The notes: generated by a model from the letters alone, not told the origin. A stretch of 64,000 nucleotides of DNA from an uncultured Candidatus Saccharibacteria bacterium (GCA_964602865.1 CAZRSX010000001.1:153986-217985), one strand, 5' to 3'; positions 19,175 through 28,886 are shown, counted from the stretch's first letter. Numbers and translations are program-made.

Positions 19175-19570
19175 TTAAGCAGAACGAATTTGTTGTGCTA
19201 GTTCTTTAAGTTCTGGCATGGTGCATTTTTGTCTATCAATGGCTGCGAGCCTCAGCTCTTTGCCGGTATAAAGTGGTACCACATGAACATGCGCATGAGG
19301 AATCTCCATACCATGGACAACTAGTGCAATACGGAGCGGTTTAAATGTTTTTTGAAGCATGTCTGATACTGTGTGAACACTACGGAAAATTGCTTGGTAT
19401 AGTTCCTCGGAGCAGTGATCAATTTGGTCAATCGGGTTTTTTGGAATAACGAGAGTGTGCCCCTTGGTTAGCGGGCTTTGGTCAAGAAAGGCGAGCGTAT
19501 TGTCATCTTCGTAAACTTTGGCACAGGGCGTTTTGCCTTCAACAAAGTCCATAAATATTGTTCGCGACAT
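19175..19570 (-). CDS. HIT-family nucleotide hydrolase/transferase
   Basis: Histidine triad HAHVHVVP and the upstream motif GHTLVIPK. Confidence 0.85.
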   Translation of the reverse strand: MSRTIFMDFVEGKTPCAKVYEDDNTLAFLDQSPLTKGHTLVIPKNPIDQIDHCSEELYQAIFRSVHTVSDMLQKTFKPLRIALVVHGMEIPHAHVHVVPLYTGKELRLAAIDRQKCTMPELKELAQQIRSA

Positions 19571-19592
19571 AAGGGATAGTATACTTTAGGAT
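19571..19592. promoter_or_regulatory. 22-bp divergent intergenic region with a palindromic AGTATACT (-10 on both strands)
   Basis: The sequence reads CAT-aagggat-AGTATACT-ttaggat-ATG. TATACT can be read on each strand exactly 7 nt from each start codon (19570 and 19593). Confidence 0.5.
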
Positions 19593-20144
19593 ATGACTGA
19601 TGAAAAAGTGGTTTTGGTAAACAAGCAAGGAAAGCCGACGGGAGAAACCTTGCCCAAGCTTGCGGCGCATCATGCGAAGACGCCGCTCCATTTAGCTTTT
19701 TCTTGTTATGTATTTAACAATAAGGGTGAATTCCTCATAACCAAGCGAGCCAAAAGTAAAAAAGTCTGGCCTGGTGTTTGGACCAATAGCGTCTGTGGTC
19801 ACCCTGCGCCAGGTGAGGATATGATTGATGCCATAAAGCGTCGACTGGACTACGAGCTTGGTATGTCGGCCAAGGATTTCAAAGTGCTTGTGCCGGACTA
19901 CACATACAAAACACCACCGTTCAACGGCATTATTGAGCATGAGTTTTGCCCAATCTATATTGCTCGAGCTGTGGGCCTACCCCGGCCGAACCCCAAAGAA
20001 GTAGAAGATTTTAAGTGGGTAAAATGGGGAGACTTTATCACGCAAGCCGAAAAAGACAAGAATAACGTGTACTCATGGTGGTGCAAGGATCAGCTCAGGC
20101 TTATCAAGGAGCACTTGCTCATCAAGCAATACACTGATGGTTAA
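19593..20144 (+). CDS. idi: isopentenyl-diphosphate delta-isomerase, type 1
   Basis: Near-collinear with E. coli Idi as I recall it: LHLAFSCYVFNNKGEFLITKRAKSKKVWPGVWTNSVCGHP and IEHEFCPIY. Confidence 0.9.
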   Translation: MTDEKVVLVNKQGKPTGETLPKLAAHHAKTPLHLAFSCYVFNNKGEFLITKRAKSKKVWPGVWTNSVCGHPAPGEDMIDAIKRRLDYELGMSAKDFKVLVPDYTYKTPPFNGIIEHEFCPIYIARAVGLPRPNPKEVEDFKWVKWGDFITQAEKDKNNVYSWWCKDQLRLIKEHLLIKQYTDG

Positions 20145-20171
20145 ATGCCATAAGAGTGGTATAGTCCAAAT

Positions 20172-20711
20172 ATGAGTGCTGTTGATAGAGTTATCACAAG
20201 TTTTGATGAACTTGAGCCGCCTCTGAGGGCGTACGCATTGGTTACGGATGGCGATCACACTGTTTTTGTCCCAGGCGAAACAGATATGTATCCTGATGTT
20301 GAGGCATTTATTACAGAGTATCCTCCTGCTGCGACTGCGTTGGTATCAGCAGATCCAACGACACGCTTGGCTATGAAACGAGCTGACAAGCTTGGTGCCG
20401 AGGTGTTGAGGATACCGAGTAGACGCCAATGGTCCAAAGTAAGGTTGTATCTGGAAGCTATGAGATCCATTAAGAAATTATCAGAAGTCGATTGCGTAAT
20501 TGTGGCTGGCGATCGGTGGCTTATGGATGTTTCGGCTGGTAAGCTTGCTGCCTGGGCGCTTGGCTTTGAGGTCGAGGGTGTGCTTATCGAGCGTGAGCTA
20601 CCGCCACCAACAATATTTGACAGGCGTGTTCTCGATCCTTTGCAGGAGCTGGGCTATGTGTGTGCCGCCGCAGTTGGGGCTGATCGTTTGGTTCGACCAA
20701 GACAACACTAA
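20172..20711 (+). CDS. hypothetical protein, possibly a YqeG-like HAD phosphatase
   Basis: A DxDxT-like motif (LVTDGDHTVF) and a late GDxxxxD motif (VAGDRWLMDV). Similarity is weak. Confidence 0.35.
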   Translation: MSAVDRVITSFDELEPPLRAYALVTDGDHTVFVPGETDMYPDVEAFITEYPPAATALVSADPTTRLAMKRADKLGAEVLRIPSRRQWSKVRLYLEAMRSIKKLSEVDCVIVAGDRWLMDVSAGKLAAWALGFEVEGVLIERELPPPTIFDRRVLDPLQELGYVCAAAVGADRLVRPRQH

Positions 20712-20790
20712 CTACATACGCAAAAATCAAGGAGAGTGATACCATTGAGTGTGTCCAGAGACATAGTTGATAGAAATGTGAAGGAAGTAA

Positions 20791-21411
20791 ATGGCCCGAG
20801 ACTTTAGTAGCATCGCACTCAGTATTAATAGCTCAAAACTCACGACACTCATTAAAGATGGCGCGGTTGGGGTGATGCCGACGGATACTATTTATGGTGT
20901 TGTTTGTTCGGCCAGTAGCCCAGATGCGGTTGCTCGGCTGTATAACATAAAACGTCGAGAAAATAAGCCGGGTACAGTAATCGCGGCCAGCGTTGACCAG
21001 CTCGTACAACTTGGTATTAAACGCCGCTACTTAAAAGCTGTCGAACATTTTTGGCCGAACCCCATAAGCCTGGTGTTGCCAGTCGGACACGAGCTTGACT
21101 ATTTAGATGCAGGCAAGCTATCGGTAGCGGTGCGGATTCCCGCTGATGTGGAGATTCGTAAGCTGCTTGAGCAGACGGGGCCGCTCTTGACATCAAGCGT
21201 CAATATCACTGGCCAGCCGCCAGCAAATAACATTGATGAAGCCAAAGCCTATTTTGCTAGCTCAGTGGATTTTTATGTCGATGGTGGCGATAAAAGCGAA
21301 GCAGAAGCTTCAACAGTTATTCGGGTTGTCGATGATGCAATTGAAGTTTTGCGCCAAGGAGCTGTTGAGGTTACTGAATCGGGAAGCATAAAGAATAAAA
21401 GCGATGATTGA
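20791..21411 (+). CDS. tsaC: L-threonylcarbamoyladenylate synthase (YrdC/TsaC/Sua5 domain)
   Basis: GAVGVMPTDTIYGVVCSA, KRRENKPGTVIAAS and LLTSSVNITGQPPA are typical YrdC-domain motifs. Confidence 0.85.
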   Translation: MARDFSSIALSINSSKLTTLIKDGAVGVMPTDTIYGVVCSASSPDAVARLYNIKRRENKPGTVIAASVDQLVQLGIKRRYLKAVEHFWPNPISLVLPVGHELDYLDAGKLSVAVRIPADVEIRKLLEQTGPLLTSSVNITGQPPANNIDEAKAYFASSVDFYVDGGDKSEAEASTVIRVVDDAIEVLRQGAVEVTESGSIKNKSDD

Positions 21412-21561
21412 AGAGCGAAAACGTAATTTAGGATTGAAGCATAGCCATAGCTACGCTGAATGAGTAAATTGTGTTTGCAGCCTTCAAGGGTGCTTTTAAT
21501 TTTTGCTTTTCCGGTTTAGGAGTCTCATAATAGATGAAGAAACGGGGAGGATAATAAACGC

Positions 21562-21894
21562 ATGACATTTGACGAATACCAAAAACAGGCGCTCACAACC
21601 GCGATTGTGCACCCGGATCCACTGATGGACAAAACAATATGGGCAATGGGGATATCAGGCGAAGCCGGTGAAGTGCTCGAAAAATGGAAGAAAATCGTAG
21701 CCTACAAAGACGGCAAGATATCAGATGAAGACTTACACGAAATTAAAAAAGAACTTGGCGATGTGGTCTGGTACATTGCACTGCTTGCGCATAGCCTCGG
21801 ATTGTCTTTGGACGAAGTCATGCAGCTTAATCTTAATAAACTTGCCAGCCGCAAAAAACGTGGTGTCCAAAAAGGCCAGGGCGACAACCGATGA
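21562..21894 (+). CDS. MazG-like nucleotide pyrophosphohydrolase (single domain)
   Basis: GISGEAGEVLEKWKK and ELGDVVWYIALLAHSLGLSLDEVMQLNLNKL form an all-alpha NTP-PPase EEXX(E/D) pattern. GGGGAGGA SD upstream. Confidence 0.75.
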   Translation: MTFDEYQKQALTTAIVHPDPLMDKTIWAMGISGEAGEVLEKWKKIVAYKDGKISDEDLHEIKKELGDVVWYIALLAHSLGLSLDEVMQLNLNKLASRKKRGVQKGQGDNR

Positions 21895-22361
21895 GATTCC
21901 ACGACATATACGACTCAGCGCGTCCGTATACAGCCTGTTTTGCTATTTTGATGAAAGACGATAAAGTTGCCATGGTTCTTCGCAAAAACACAGGCTGGAT
22001 GGATGACCACTATGGTTTGCCTGCTGGCAAACTGGAGTATGGCGAAACATTTACCGACGGAGTGATTCGGGAGGCAAAAGAAGAAGCGGGCGTAGATATT
22101 ACACGTGAACATATGAGGGTCGTCCATGTTGCACACAGACATGCCGAAAAGGCCGATGGTTATTTTATGGATTGGGTTGATGTTTATTTTGCAGTTGACG
22201 AGTGGGAAGGAGAGCCCCACAATGCTGAGCCGGAAAAAAGCGAAAAACTGGAATGGCTTAGTATCAACGACTTGCCAGAGAACATTGTGCCGCCACAACG
22301 TGCAGCATTGACAGAGATCGCAAAAGGCAATGCTTATAGCGAGTATGGTTGGGGTGCCTAA
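21891..22361 (+). CDS. NUDIX hydrolase
   Basis: Nudix box GLPAGKLEYGETFTDGVIREAKEEAGVDI. The start overlaps the MazG stop (ATGA). Confidence 0.8.
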   Translation: MRFHDIYDSARPYTACFAILMKDDKVAMVLRKNTGWMDDHYGLPAGKLEYGETFTDGVIREAKEEAGVDITREHMRVVHVAHRHAEKADGYFMDWVDVYFAVDEWEGEPHNAEPEKSEKLEWLSINDLPENIVPPQRAALTEIAKGNAYSEYGWGA

Positions 22362-22810
22362 AGAGCACGCACGAAGTTTTGGATTTCTTGCTCAAGCTCG
22401 GAGTGATTTTCGTAGCGAACGACTTGAAGCTTCTTGCTACCGGATATCATCGGTGACAGGCGGTTACTAGATGGGGTATAGAAAAGCGCTAGAATTGGTT
22501 TGCCCCATTCCTCGGCCTTGCCCAACTCGTAGCCGACGCCCAAACTTGGCTGGGTGACTTCGGCGATAATGCCGTCACACTCTTGAATCCAACCAAGATC
22601 ACGGTCGTGAATAAACTCTAAAATGTCCTCACTCTTGGCGGCTTCTTCCTCCACTTTTTTTGGGTCGGTAAAGCGCTCGCTAAGCACCTGCGCACCGGCC
22701 GAGCGAATTTGCTTCACGATATCTTCATACAAGTGGGCATGGTCACGTCCTCCGGCAATCGAACAGGCAAAGTAAACTTTTTTCATGGCTTGAATTCTGT
22801 TTTGATCCAT
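22358..22810 (-). CDS. 2'-deoxynucleoside 5'-phosphate N-hydrolase (DNPH1/Rcl-like)
   Basis: VYFACSIAGGRD and AEVTQPSLGVGYELG match the Rcl/DNPH1 signature regions as I recall them. Confidence 0.8.
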   Translation of the reverse strand: MDQNRIQAMKKVYFACSIAGGRDHAHLYEDIVKQIRSAGAQVLSERFTDPKKVEEEAAKSEDILEFIHDRDLGWIQECDGIIAEVTQPSLGVGYELGKAEEWGKPILALFYTPSSNRLSPMISGSKKLQVVRYENHSELEQEIQNFVRAL

Positions 22811-24072
22811 TCATCAAGACTATCGCCACCACCACCAGCCATGCCAACCACGAAATTGCCCTTTTCCAGGTGACTCTTGATAGTTTCTTTGAGCTTGCTG
22901 TCTCTCTCCATGGCTACAGCAATTGATGGGTCGGACAAATGAGCAATCATCTCACTTGGCGGGATAACTCGCTGATCAGGATCTTCACGGGCCAGATAGC
23001 TCGGAATCCAGTAGACTTTTTTTGCACCCGCGAAACAGTCTTGGTAGTCATCAATCATGAAGTGTTGACGGCGGTTGGTCAGCGGTTCGTACACCACAAT
23101 CACATCTTTATCGTTTGCCATTTCAAGCGCCACACTCATGGCACCGCGAATCTTTTCTGGCGTGTGCGCGTAGTCGCTGTACAGGCCAGGCATGACTTCC
23201 TCCATGCGCCGTTGCAAACCAGGAAATTGATTCATATGCCGAACAAGCACCTCAGTTGATGCCTGTGTTATCTCATGCACGGCTTGGATAGCCAGCCACG
23301 CGTCCAGCCGGTTAAACTTGCCAGCTAGCGTGAGGCCCTCGCGTTCGGCTTCGGCTTCATCGAGCACTGACAGGTGCGTCCGTTGACTCAGACCGAGATA
23401 CTCAAAATCTTGCTGCCATAGCACGGTCCAGTCGCTTTGTTCGATAAATTCTGTGAACGCAGCCTGATAATCTTCACGGGTTGGAAAAATTTCGTGATGG
23501 TCCCACGATACGCCGGTTATCAGACTCAAATGCGGCTCAAAAGCAAGAAAGTTGCGGTCAAACTCGTCCGCCTCATAGACAAAATACGCCGAGCCTTTTT
23601 CATACCGGCCCATGTCGCCAAAACTTATTTTAGCGCCCACCGAGTAACTAATCGGTAGCTTAAGCTGCTTGAAGAGCCAGATAACCATCGCTGTTGTCGT
23701 GGTTTTGCCGTGTGTGCCAGCTATAGCGATCATTTTGAGTTTTTTCTCCGAGAGTATCAGATTAATAAACTCGTCGCGTTTACTTTTTTTGATATCTTGC
23801 TCGTTCACAAATTGTAGCTCTGGCGCATCAGTATTTTCTTTTTCCACCGCCGACGAATAGACATACCAATCAATCGGGCGGTCGGCGTGGATTTTGGCAA
23901 GCGCTGCTCGAGTCTGGCCGATGTGAATGTTAGAAATCCCATGTTTTTTAAGGTAATCAATGTACTGAGAATCTTGCTTATCAGAACCAGACACCGTGAA
24001 ACCAGCTTGTTTAGCGATGAGCGCCAACGGGCCAATGCCAGCTCCGCCTATACCAGAAAAAAATACGTGCAT
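22783..24072 (-). CDS. Mur ligase family protein, MurC-like
   Basis: N-terminal Rossmann motif FFSGIGGAGIGPLALIAKQAGFTVSGSD and the ATP-binding motif IAIAGTHGKTTTTAM. C-terminal Mur_ligase_C-like region. The 3' end overlaps the next gene by 28 nt. Confidence 0.7.
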   Translation of the reverse strand: MHVFFSGIGGAGIGPLALIAKQAGFTVSGSDKQDSQYIDYLKKHGISNIHIGQTRAALAKIHADRPIDWYVYSSAVEKENTDAPELQFVNEQDIKKSKRDEFINLILSEKKLKMIAIAGTHGKTTTTAMVIWLFKQLKLPISYSVGAKISFGDMGRYEKGSAYFVYEADEFDRNFLAFEPHLSLITGVSWDHHEIFPTREDYQAAFTEFIEQSDWTVLWQQDFEYLGLSQRTHLSVLDEAEAEREGLTLAGKFNRLDAWLAIQAVHEITQASTEVLVRHMNQFPGLQRRMEEVMPGLYSDYAHTPEKIRGAMSVALEMANDKDVIVVYEPLTNRRQHFMIDDYQDCFAGAKKVYWIPSYLAREDPDQRVIPPSEMIAHLSDPSIAVAMERDSKLKETIKSHLEKGNFVVGMAGGGGDSLDEWIKTEFKP

Positions 24073-24130
24073 ATGCTTTTAGTCTACCATTCTCTGTACT
24101 GGATAAGGAAAAGGGTTTACCATAAACATA

Positions 24131-24742
24131 ATGAATAAACGGAAACTGCATCACGTCTGGGTAAAGCTTAAAGTTGTCAACTACTGGTACTTCTTTGCTG
24201 CCTTTGTTGTTTTTGGCGCTATCGGTATTTTTGCGCTGCGGCACAACAACTTGACCGCCATACGGTTGCGTGACGAAGTCCTGCGTGCGGACGAGCAAAA
24301 TGGCGACGTCGAAGCAGCCCTTCGTGATTTGCGCGGGTTTGTGTATGGGCACATGAACGCTGATTTGTCAGCGGGTACGGGGATCCAACAGCCAATCCAG
24401 CTCAAGTATCGGTACGAACGGCTGGTTGAAGCCGAGAAGAAGCGCGTTGAAAAAGCCAACGAGAACGTCTACACCGCAGCGCAGCGCCACTGTGAACGCC
24501 GATATCCTGGCAGTTTCTATGGTGGTCCAAGGGTGCCGTGTATTGAGGAATATGTCACAAAAAACGGCCAAAAAGAGCAACCCATACCCGATGATTTCTA
24601 TAAGTTCAGCTTTGTCTCGCCGCGCTGGTCACCGGATCTTGCTGGCATCAGCCTTCTGCTTGCCGGTATGTCTCTGCTTTTATTTCTCGCGCGTTTTACA
24701 TTAGAGCGCTGGCTAAAACTTGAGTTAAGCGGACATCTATAA
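24131..24742 (+). CDS. hypothetical membrane protein (N- and C-terminal TM helices)
   Basis: 203-aa ORF with TM helices at both ends. No recognised family. Confidence 0.4.
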   Translation: MNKRKLHHVWVKLKVVNYWYFFAAFVVFGAIGIFALRHNNLTAIRLRDEVLRADEQNGDVEAALRDLRGFVYGHMNADLSAGTGIQQPIQLKYRYERLVEAEKKRVEKANENVYTAAQRHCERRYPGSFYGGPRVPCIEEYVTKNGQKEQPIPDDFYKFSFVSPRWSPDLAGISLLLAGMSLLLFLARFTLERWLKLELSGHL

Positions 24743-24750
24743 CAATAAAA

Positions 24751-24778
24751 AACTTCCCCTTTTTTGAGGGGAAGTTTT
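24751..24778. terminator. bidirectional intrinsic terminator between convergent genes
   Basis: 9-bp stem AACTTCCCC / GGGGAAGTT with an 8-nt loop, flanked by an A-run upstream and a T-run downstream. Confidence 0.7.
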
Positions 24779-24801
24779 GGTTTGCAGGATTACACTGTAA
24801 C

Positions 24802-25344
24802 TTAGCTTGACTTGTTGTCGGTTGTCTCACAATTCATGCCGTTTGGATTCTGGGCTTTGAACTGTTCGACTGCTTGAGCCACTTTACCGTCTGGTTTCAA
24901 GTTCTCCCAAAAGATAACTTGATCTTGCCTGATGACCATCAGGTCTTCTGGTCCGTGCAGCTCACAACCGAGCTTGACGAGCGAAATATCATTTTCTTTT
25001 GGCTCGGCGTCAGGCTGAACGGTCTGGTTAACTCGCAAATAGTAGATGTCACGCAGTGTCATGTAGTCCCGATTAAGACTGGTTATCTTGCCAAAGTATA
25101 CCTGGCCGCCGTTCATAAACACCGCTTGCATTTTACTGGTGTCTACAAACGATCCTTCTTGCTTACGATTGCCGCTAAATACAAATGAGAACAGTAGCGC
25201 AACGACTAAAATTGTGCTGGAAAACAGCAGAACAATTGATGTTATTTTCATGAGCTTCACCCAACCACGTCGTGATTTTAAGCTTGCAGTCGGTTGTGCG
25301 GTGTGCCCCGTTGGTGCCGGTCGGCCATTACGATTGATATCCAT
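24802..25344 (-). CDS. hypothetical single-pass membrane protein
   Basis: The start at MDINRNGRP (AAGGGG SD upstream) is preferred over the ORF-track start at 25422. TM helix ITSIVLLFSSTILVVALLFSFVF. Confidence 0.4.
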   Translation of the reverse strand: MDINRNGRPAPTGHTAQPTASLKSRRGWVKLMKITSIVLLFSSTILVVALLFSFVFSGNRKQEGSFVDTSKMQAVFMNGGQVYFGKITSLNRDYMTLRDIYYLRVNQTVQPDAEPKENDISLVKLGCELHGPEDLMVIRQDQVIFWENLKPDGKVAQAVEQFKAQNPNGMNCETTDNKSS

Positions 25345-25495
25345 AAATACCTTACCCCTTATGTTGATTCTTTTAATACAACTTACAGTGTAATGCATAA
25401 GCGTGTTCGTCTGCAAACACATTTTTCATCTCTGTTAAAGCGTGCGGTAACATCAGCATCAGATGATGCTACCTCAAGAAAGTTGTTTTACAGGG

Positions 25496-25525
25496 TTGAC
25501 AAACAAAATAACAGCGGAGTATGGT
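25496..25525 (+). promoter_or_regulatory. sigma-70-like promoter TTGACA-18-TATGGT
   Basis: -35 at 25496-25501 and -10 at 25520-25525. The downstream leader carries a GGGAG SD before the ATG at 25566. Confidence 0.5.
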
Positions 25526-25565
25526 AGGGGTACTAACGTTAACCTAAAGAGGGAGAGATAAGTCA

Positions 25566-25763
25566 ATGGCTTACCAACACACTAACAGCAAGGGCGTAAC
25601 TTACTACTTAAACTGCAAGGACGTGACACTTCGTGGCGGCAAAACGCAGACTATTTACTACTTCAGCAAAGATCAACGACCAGAGGCTTGCGACTTGCCA
25701 GATGGCAAAGTGGTAACTGAGAACCCACGCAACGGCTTCCTGACCGTTAAAAAAGCAGCCTAG
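25566..25763 (+). CDS. small hypothetical protein (65 aa)
   Basis: It has its own promoter, SD and terminator. No recognised function. Confidence 0.45.
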   Translation: MAYQHTNSKGVTYYLNCKDVTLRGGKTQTIYYFSKDQRPEACDLPDGKVVTENPRNGFLTVKKAA

Positions 25764-25784
25764 TTAAAAGGCTTCAACAAAGTG

Positions 25785-25816
25785 ATACCCTGTTTTATGA
25801 CGGGGTATTATTTTTT
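25785..25816 (+). terminator. intrinsic terminator
   Basis: 8-bp stem ATACCCTG / CGGGGTAT (one G-U pair) with an 8-nt loop, followed by TATTTTTT. Confidence 0.7.
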
Positions 25817-25836
25817 CTGCTATAGTAGTACGTTGC

Positions 25837-26604
25837 ATGGCAGAACAAAAGAGTACCGTTGTTGAAGTCACCAAACTGCGCAAGCAGTACGGCAAAAAAA
25901 CCGTCGTCAAAGACATTAGTTTTCGCGTCAAAGAAGGCGAGATTTTCGGTATTTTAGGCCCGAATGGCGCTGGCAAGACCACAACCTTGGAGATGATAGA
26001 GACTTTGCGGCCGATTGACGGTGGCACTGCGACGCTTGCTGGCTTTGATGTCTCGGCTAATCCGGATAAGGTCAAAGCACTGATTGGTGTGCAGCCGCAA
26101 ACGCCATCGTTTGAGGAAAAGACAAAATTGACTGAACTTATCCAATTTTTCTCCTCAACCTACGGCGAGAAAGTAAACCCCAAGAAATTCCTCAAAAGCG
26201 TCCAACTTTTAGATAAGGCCGATAGCTATGTCGAGCAACTCTCCGGCGGCCAACGACAGCGCTTTAGTATTGCTGCAGCGCTGGTACACGGACCAAAAGT
26301 GTTTTTCCTGGACGAGCCGACCACTGGCCTTGATCCGCAAGCCCGACGTAATCTCTGGGATTTGATTCGCGATGTCAAAAAACGCGGCGTCACCGTCATC
26401 ATGACCACACACTACATGGATGAGGCCGAAATCCTCTGCGACCGTGTCGCCATTATGGACAACGGCAAAATTATCGCACTTGATACACCCAAGAACTTGA
26501 TTAAAAATCTACTCAAAAAGGGCTTTAAAAAAGAGCAGGTTGTCGAACAGGCTAATCTAGAAGACGTGTTTATCGATCTGACCGGAAAGGACTTACGGGA
26601 CTAG
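25837..26604 (+). CDS. ABC transporter ATP-binding protein (ABC-2/DrrA-like exporter)
   Basis: Walker A GPNGAGKTT, signature LSGGQRQR, Walker B VFFLDEPTTGLD. Confidence 0.9.
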   Translation: MAEQKSTVVEVTKLRKQYGKKTVVKDISFRVKEGEIFGILGPNGAGKTTTLEMIETLRPIDGGTATLAGFDVSANPDKVKALIGVQPQTPSFEEKTKLTELIQFFSSTYGEKVNPKKFLKSVQLLDKADSYVEQLSGGQRQRFSIAAALVHGPKVFFLDEPTTGLDPQARRNLWDLIRDVKKRGVTVIMTTHYMDEAEILCDRVAIMDNGKIIALDTPKNLIKNLLKKGFKKEQVVEQANLEDVFIDLTGKDLRD

Positions 26605-26605
26605 T

Positions 26606-27721
26606 ATGGAGAAGCTACGAAAAGCAACCTTGCCGATTATTACCTTTGCCCGCATTGATGTGCGCCGGCTGTTTCGTGACAAAGTGGCTATCTTTTTCGT
26701 GTTCGCCTTTCCGCTTATTTTCTTGTTCGTGTTTGGCGGCTTATTTGGCGGCGATGACCGTATTTCGTTCAAAGTGGCCTTAATTAATCAGTCGACCAGC
26801 GAATTCTCGACTCAGTTTGTCGAGAATACCCAAAAAAACGAAATTCTAGAAGTCGACGAAGAGGCCACCACGCTTGATTTGGCCAAAGAGAAGATGAATC
26901 GCGGCGAGATACACGCCACCATTATCTTGCCAGAAGATTTCGGCACCGTAAATGAGAAGGGCTTGCCATCAGGCCAGGCCCAAGTGCTCTATGACCAAAA
27001 CAACGAGCAGGCTGGCCAAACCCTGTCGACAGTGCTTGACGGTATCTTCAAAGAGATTAACATCAGTCTGGTGCAAACTGAAACACCGTTCACCGTTGTG
27101 GCCGAATCAACCGCCAGGCAGAGTCAGCGACGCTTTGACTACACTTTTGCCGGTCTGTTGGGCTTCTCTATCTTGAGCCTCGGCATTTTTGGCCCCACCA
27201 CCGTCTTCCCGCGCCTCAAAGAAAAGGGCGTGTTGCGCCGTTACCACACCACCACGCTGAAAGTTTGGCAGTACTTTACCGGTAACGTTATTTCTAACGC
27301 CATTGTCGGGCTGATGTCGATTGCCCTGATGTTCGTCGCAGCATTGCTATTCTTTGACCTGTCCATGCACGGGGATTATCTGAGCTTTATTATCGTGGTG
27401 GTACTTGGCGTGACGCTGTTATTTGGTATCGGTCTGGCCATCGGCGGCTGGGCCAAGAACGAAAACCAGGCTGCGCCGCTGGCCAATCTGGTGACATTTC
27501 CGATGATGTTCCTCTCCGGCGTGTTTTTCCCGACATTTCTGATGCCAGAATGGCTCCAGAGTATTACCAAGTTCATCCCGCTGACACCGGTTATCGACAG
27601 CATCCGCTTTGTGGTCACCGAAGGCAAAACTATCTTCGAGCTTGGCCCGCAACTGGCTATCATTGGTGCCTGGACCCTTGTGGTCTATATCATTGCCTTC
27701 CGCGTCTTCCGCTGGGAGTAG
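26606..27721 (+). CDS. ABC-2 type transporter permease
   Basis: One N-terminal TM, a large extracytoplasmic loop, then 5 C-terminal TM helices. The start abuts the ATPase gene stop. Confidence 0.8.
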   Translation: MEKLRKATLPIITFARIDVRRLFRDKVAIFFVFAFPLIFLFVFGGLFGGDDRISFKVALINQSTSEFSTQFVENTQKNEILEVDEEATTLDLAKEKMNRGEIHATIILPEDFGTVNEKGLPSGQAQVLYDQNNEQAGQTLSTVLDGIFKEINISLVQTETPFTVVAESTARQSQRRFDYTFAGLLGFSILSLGIFGPTTVFPRLKEKGVLRRYHTTTLKVWQYFTGNVISNAIVGLMSIALMFVAALLFFDLSMHGDYLSFIIVVVLGVTLLFGIGLAIGGWAKNENQAAPLANLVTFPMMFLSGVFFPTFLMPEWLQSITKFIPLTPVIDSIRFVVTEGKTIFELGPQLAIIGAWTLVVYIIAFRVFRWE

Positions 27722-27742
27722 AGACGCCCGAAATCCTAAGTC

Positions 27743-28423
27743 TTAGGCAAGTTTCTTATGCTGTTCGCGCCGTTTTTCTGCCCACATAATAATAAGGAGC
27801 AGTGCACCAACACTGATACCGATAGCACCTGGTATCCACTGTTGAAGGCCCAAGTTCACGCCCGACCAAAACCACAGCATTGCAAAAACACTCCAAGCAA
27901 GCGTTCGCCGAACCGCAGTGTCGCCCCATACGTAGACCAGGAGCGACGTGGCCAACAGGTAACTAACAAACCGGCCGATAAAACCTATAATCGGTATGCC
28001 GTAATATGGTCCGGATGTCTCCCATTGCCAGAGCTCCATCCGGGTCAAAGCAGGACCAAGCGCAATGTCTACCACCAGCGCAAACAATGCCGCAAGCAAA
28101 ACAACCCATTTCGTGTCAGTTATCTTGCGCGCCAGCCAAAATGCTCCCAGGACAATAGGCGGATAGGCAAATGCCACTGGCCATGGAACGGCACCAAACA
28201 GTTTATAGCCGAGCGCATCGCCATAGGTGAACTTTCCGTAGAGCACTCCAGTTTTAACGGCAATTGTTTCAATGATCAACGCAAAGACACCAAGCGATAC
28301 CAGTACTAGTAAGCCTTTTCCGAGCCCTTTGAGACGAAGTGTGCCAACATAGCTCGGCAGGGCAAACAAAACAACCGACACAGCCGCCGCAATCGGGGTG
28401 GCAAGCTTTATAATTTCATTCAT
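27743..28423 (-). CDS. polytopic membrane protein (possibly DUF422 / carotenoid-biosynthesis-like)
   Basis: 226 aa with about 7 TM helices. The motif GVLYGKFTYGDALGYKLFGAVPW is reminiscent of DUF422. The family call is tentative. Confidence 0.35.
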   Translation of the reverse strand: MNEIIKLATPIAAAVSVVLFALPSYVGTLRLKGLGKGLLVLVSLGVFALIIETIAVKTGVLYGKFTYGDALGYKLFGAVPWPVAFAYPPIVLGAFWLARKITDTKWVVLLAALFALVVDIALGPALTRMELWQWETSGPYYGIPIIGFIGRFVSYLLATSLLVYVWGDTAVRRTLAWSVFAMLWFWSGVNLGLQQWIPGAIGISVGALLLIIMWAEKRREQHKKLA

Positions 28424-28521
28424 CTGTACAATTATAAGTGCAAACGTTTATTTTCAAAACAGCAAACAGTCGGGAAGCAACCCTGATTGTAAAATAAACA
28501 CAAACGTGATATAATACGAAT

Positions 28522-28881
28522 ATGGCAATAACACCCCGCGTTCTTGAAGAAGTTTTTCATGATAACCAGCGCTCAGCGCAGATTGGTGGCCAAACAGATG
28601 GCATCACCCCTGAAGTAGCTGCCGATCTTGGTTATACGCCTACTCAAGAAGATCTCGAAAGAGTTATCTCGGCTATGGAGAAAGGGGAGTTAGCGATAGG
28701 AGCCACACGAGCCGTTATTCCTGAAAATGTACGCGAACTTTCTCGTCAACACAGAGCAAGAGTAAAGGATGGACAAGATCAAACTACTGAATCAGGATAT
28801 TCTGTGGCAAGCACTCGTACTTTTGACAAAATGGCCAAGCGGTACTGGGCAAGGCAAAAAGAGGGCAACCAAGCACGGTAA
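28522..28881 (+). CDS. hypothetical protein
   Basis: 119-aa soluble ORF. TATAAT lies 6 nt upstream of the ATG. No recognisable domain. Confidence 0.4.
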   Translation: MAITPRVLEEVFHDNQRSAQIGGQTDGITPEVAADLGYTPTQEDLERVISAMEKGELAIGATRAVIPENVRELSRQHRARVKDGQDQTTESGYSVASTRTFDKMAKRYWARQKEGNQAR

Positions 28882-28886
28882 ATCCA

